Positions 61,601 through 64,000 of a stretch of DNA of 64,000 nucleotides are shown piece by piece (the stretch's first letter is position 1; every line of letters begins with the position of its first letter). The notes beneath the pieces were generated by a model. The model searched no databases. It saw only the letters and a program-made list of their open reading frames with translations, and was not told where the DNA came from. Source of the stretch: Bacteroidia bacterium. GTDB lineage: Bacteria; Bacteroidota; Bacteroidia; NS11-12g; UBA9320. The translations under genes and the position numbers were made by a program. Where the stretch lies: NCBI GenBank assembly GCA_965216465.1, contig CBDCFW010000004.1, forward strand, positions 192,001 to 256,000, given 5' to 3'.

Positions 61601-62504
61601 TCGACGATTGGCTAGCGATTCGTTTTCCGGCATCGCCTCCCCAAGTTAGGAAATAGTAAGACTTGGTGTCGTAATGGTTGCCTTTGTATTCATAACGCTG
61701 TTGATCATGATTAAAGTAAACATCAGTTGGGCCTTTAGCATACCACCACACATAGTCTGAAGCATCCCAATCGTTATTACCGTTGGCGTCGTAAACATAA
61801 ATGGCATTTTCAACAAGGTCTTCCGGGCGTTCAGTGATTATTGGTTCTGGTAGCATTGTGCCTCCATTTCCATAAATTTTAAAAGTAGATAAGTCGATAC
61901 TCGAAACATCTATTCCGTTCTGAGTTAAGAAGTTACGGTCAATTTTATAAACTCCATCTTGCGAAATAGCTACTTTATAATGGTTCCCAGTGGTGAGTAC
62001 TGAGGTATAGGTTTGGTCTTTTTTAGACTTGAAATTGCGGCTGACCTCTCGGCTTACTGTTGTTTTATAGTTTATAGTGCAAGATTCGAGTAATTCAGTT
62101 CCGCTATTGAAATTTCGAATTGGTGTAAGTTTAAGATTGATGTATTTAACCCCTTTTATGTATGAATAACTATAATTCAATTCAAATTCACCTGAAATTT
62201 GGTCTTTTAAGCGACTGTTTGGTCTAAAAGTGGTCTTTATATTACTCAGATAAACATCAGCAATATCTACACCCTGTGCTGGAAACTGCTTTGTGATGTA
62301 AGGAATGATAAACTCATTCGCGATAGATTCTTTGCAATTTACACAGGAGTAAACAGAAAGTTTCTGAGTGCCAGATAGTTCTGGATCAAAATCAACATCT
62401 TCGGTAATTGACCATGACAATTGAACGTCAATGTTTTGCCCCCATGAAATTGTTGTCAATCCCAAGAGAATTAAGGTGAACAGGTAGCTTGTTGTCTTAC
62501 GCAT
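58635..62504 (-). CDS. porU: T9SS sortase PorU
   Basis: LLFGDASYDYK, SDDYY, IGVGRLP, NYVGHGG, TASC, LKVWDVYNN, LNYPNPF; adjacent to porV; ATG 62504 gives a signal peptide. Confidence 0.93.
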   Translation of the reverse strand: MRKTTSYLFTLILLGLTTISWGQNIDVQLSWSITEDVDFDPELSGTQKLSVYSCVNCKESIANEFIIPYITKQFPAQGVDIADVYLSNIKTTFRPNSRLKDQISGEFELNYSYSYIKGVKYINLKLTPIRNFNSGTELLESCTINYKTTVSREVSRNFKSKKDQTYTSVLTTGNHYKVAISQDGVYKIDRNFLTQNGIDVSSIDLSTFKIYGNGGTMLPEPIITERPEDLVENAIYVYDANGNNDWDASDYVWWYAKGPTDVYFNHDQQRYEYKGNHYDTKSYYFLTWGGDAGKRIASQSSNQGTSIDNNISTYDYTIYHESNEENHIKSGRRWWGDKMQHNTTKTFEYSISGIVPGDYPFTTITGVRSLNSSRIYLTIQNNAPYEIPHGTVFGEYDQPFIAGPKTSRKDFTLSSGQFAIEFDYDKNLNESIAWIDYFLFVPQRQMSALDPQQVIKTSSHMVGGNNAYSFQGLTAQHHLWNISELNTPTSQETYLDGGAQSCIIQNVATDNAPQFILFDENSPSNPEFIGQVENQNLHAITEIDYLIVTRKDLLTEANRLADFHRDYSNLKVEVVTTEQIYNEFSSGSQDITGIRDFVKLLYDRGNSGGYSLKYLLLFGDASYDYKDIEANNTNVVPIYQSGNSYNPPYSYCSDDYYAILDDSEGFWGIQNKDEALDIGVGRLPVSNLAEATIVVDKILHYHDEVSLGNWIQTLTFVGDDEDGNDHVGPSEGMTTVIRNQYPEYNINKIWLDAYEQVSFGSGNKYPKVNEEINKALNSRGTLIFNYVGHGGENGMAHERVVTRPEISSWTNKDKLSFYITASCELAKIDNLDIESPGELMLLNPNGGAIGMVATTRVVYIGTNTDLNFEIINNNLFESGGQALQPLGEVYRNTRNADPNEEINKRCFMLLGDPAMRLHYPEYNVVTTHINGVQTGNFNDTLKALGLVTIEGEIRDNGNNLLDDFNGTLYPTFYDKFSTYKTLGNDPRSIPIEFEMQDRIIYKGEASIVNGKFSFQFVVPKDIAYNVGEGKLSYYAKDGLKHAGGSELSYKIGGTSDSLKNDKEPPSLNLFIDDRSWVFGGTTSKTPMLIADIYDENGINTIGSGIGREMEAILDEGTEFEESIILNDYYSPELNSYQSGVIEYPFSQLTPGRHTITLKVWDVYNNSAEDYTEFVVTEEADIVVENVLNYPNPFNKYTEFHFDHNKSGQNLSVNLTISTIAGNVVKSITTDILNAPAHINAPAQIIEELTWDGTDQYGDRIARGVYLYTLKVEAEDGSTQTKTQKLFIIN

Positions 62505-62659
62505 TTTTCGATTAAACGAATAAACTCTCAATTCTAACATTATTCGGCCGATATTTATTGTATTAACTTTATAAAAAGCCGATTATGACATAATAATTGA
62601 TTTTTTTTATCGTATCTTTACAAATGTTTTATTTTTGTGTGTTTAATTAATTCTCAGAT

Positions 62660-63652
62660 ATGAAAAATACAAAAACTGCTTTACTTTTTCTCCTAGCCTT
62701 GTGCGTTGCTGAGTTTGTTCAGGCTCAAGACCCTGAACTTACACAGTTCTATGCCGCACCTATTTATACCAATCCGGCAATGGCTGGTACTGGTTCTTGT
62801 GATGGAGGAGGAAGAGTAGGACTTAACTACCGTAACCAATGGCCAAGCTTGCCTGGTACCTTTGTGACCACTGCTGCAAGCTACGATCAGCACTTCGACA
62901 AAATCGGAGGTGGAATTGGTGTATTGTTTATGGATGATAAAGCAGGTGAAGGTCTTTTGAAATCAACAACAGTTTCTGCAATTTATTCTTACCAATTGGT
63001 GGTTAATCGTAGATTAGCTATCCGTTTTGGTTTAGAAGGAACTTACGGCCAACGTAGTATTGACTGGAGAAAATTAAGATTTGAAGATCAAATTGATCCA
63101 ACACAAGGATTTACAAGACAAACAGCAGAGCAGTTTAACAATGATGTGGTTGGATACGCAAACTTTGCAGCTGGTGCTGTTGCTTATACTGAAAGATTTT
63201 ATGGAGGTTTAGCGGTTCATAATCTGATTGAGCCGAATCAATCATTCTTCGGAAACCCTAACGCTCCAATTCCGCGTAGATTTACTGCTCACGGTGGTGT
63301 GGTTATACCTTTAGATGGTAGAAAAGTGCCAGAATCAACTTTCTCGCCGAACGTACTATTCATGATGCAAAGCAAGTTTACCCAAATGAACATTGGTTTC
63401 TACTACAACAAAGGACCTTTAGTAATGGGTGCGTGGTTTAGACAGACTTTTGGCGAATATGGTAACTCTGATGCCTTGATGGCCCTTGTTGGATTTAGAA
63501 AGGATAAATTCAAATTTGGGTACAGTTACGACTTTACTGTTTCAGACGCTAGAGCAGCCGCTCCAGGGTCTCATGAAGTGTCTGCAGCTATTGAATGGTG
63601 TGCCCGTACACCAACACGTAAGTACAGAAAAATAAGCTGTCCGGATTTTTAA
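62660..63652 (+). CDS. PorP/SprF family T9SS membrane protein
   Basis: QDPELTQFY, NPAMAG, YRNQW, FGYSYD, SHEVS. Confidence 0.92.
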   Translation: MKNTKTALLFLLALCVAEFVQAQDPELTQFYAAPIYTNPAMAGTGSCDGGGRVGLNYRNQWPSLPGTFVTTAASYDQHFDKIGGGIGVLFMDDKAGEGLLKSTTVSAIYSYQLVVNRRLAIRFGLEGTYGQRSIDWRKLRFEDQIDPTQGFTRQTAEQFNNDVVGYANFAAGAVAYTERFYGGLAVHNLIEPNQSFFGNPNAPIPRRFTAHGGVVIPLDGRKVPESTFSPNVLFMMQSKFTQMNIGFYYNKGPLVMGAWFRQTFGEYGNSDALMALVGFRKDKFKFGYSYDFTVSDARAAAPGSHEVSAAIEWCARTPTRKYRKISCPDF

Positions 63653-63725
63653 TTGAGGTCAAAAAAAATTATTATTGCACAATATTAAAGTTAGAAACTA
63701 GTTATTACTTATAGCTTCTCAGAAT

Positions 63726-64000
63726 ATGAAATTGAATAAATTCACAGTTTACATTCTTGCAGCAGCATTCATGCTGCCTGTAGCTTGTAAGAAAGAAAAA
63801 TCATCAACTACCGGTTGGAATTACAACGATTCTAAGTGGGGTGGTTTTGAAAAACATGAGTATGCTGGTCAGGAAACTGGTCCAGGTTTGGTTTTGGTTC
63901 ATGGTGGTACGTTTACAATGGGGTCATCAGAACAAGATGTTACATACGAACACAACAACATTGAAAGAAAGGTTACAGTTCCGTCATTCTATATGGACGA
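63726..64000 (+). CDS. gldJ: Gliding motility lipoprotein GldJ-like, 5' part (FGE-sulfatase domain)
   Basis: Not in the ORF track (no stop in window): MKLNKF...PVACKKEKSSTTGWNYND..GGF...QETGPGLVLVHGGTFTMG...VTVPSFYMDE; divergent from porU. Confidence 0.8.
   Translation, partial: MKLNKFTVYILAAAFMLPVACKKEKSSTTGWNYNDSKWGGFEKHEYAGQETGPGLVLVHGGTFTMGSSEQDVTYEHNNIERKVTVPSFYMD

Noticed and set aside
1-64000. CRISPR arrays, IS elements, rRNA, long tandem repeats
   Set aside because: None seen; intergenic gaps are short and mostly explained by promoters and terminators

Overview
AT-rich chromosomal window from a Bacteroidota bacterium. This assignment rests on TAnnTTTG -7 promoters, no Shine-Dalgarno pattern, type IX secretion genes and GldJ. 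It is mostly core genome: scoAB, mdh, queA-plsY-clpS, panB, dnaK, split pntAB, rsmE, yhhQ, nhaD, holA, tRNA-Leu-tig-clpP-clpX, wzx-wzz-O-antigen ligase, dapF, an ECF sigma/anti-sigma pair, degP, an XRE-S24 LexA-like repressor, mreBCD-mrdA-rodA and porV-porU / porP-gldJ. I saw no IS element, integrase, prophage, CRISPR array or rRNA. Best leads: (1) an orphan consensus promoter firing into a ~59-nt hairpin / 21-codon smORF at 45364-45479, a candidate new sRNA; (2) an uncharacterised pair of a GH18-like lipoprotein lacking the catalytic Glu and an 824-aa exported helical protein; (3) a QueA with several normally invariant residues substituted; (4) a second, much larger PorU-like C25 protein with an intact His/Cys dyad; (5) a LexA-like repressor with an upstream palindrome and an unknown membrane-protein neighbour; (6) a sigma54-like dnaK promoter. 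All calls are by-eye motif recognition; no searches were run.
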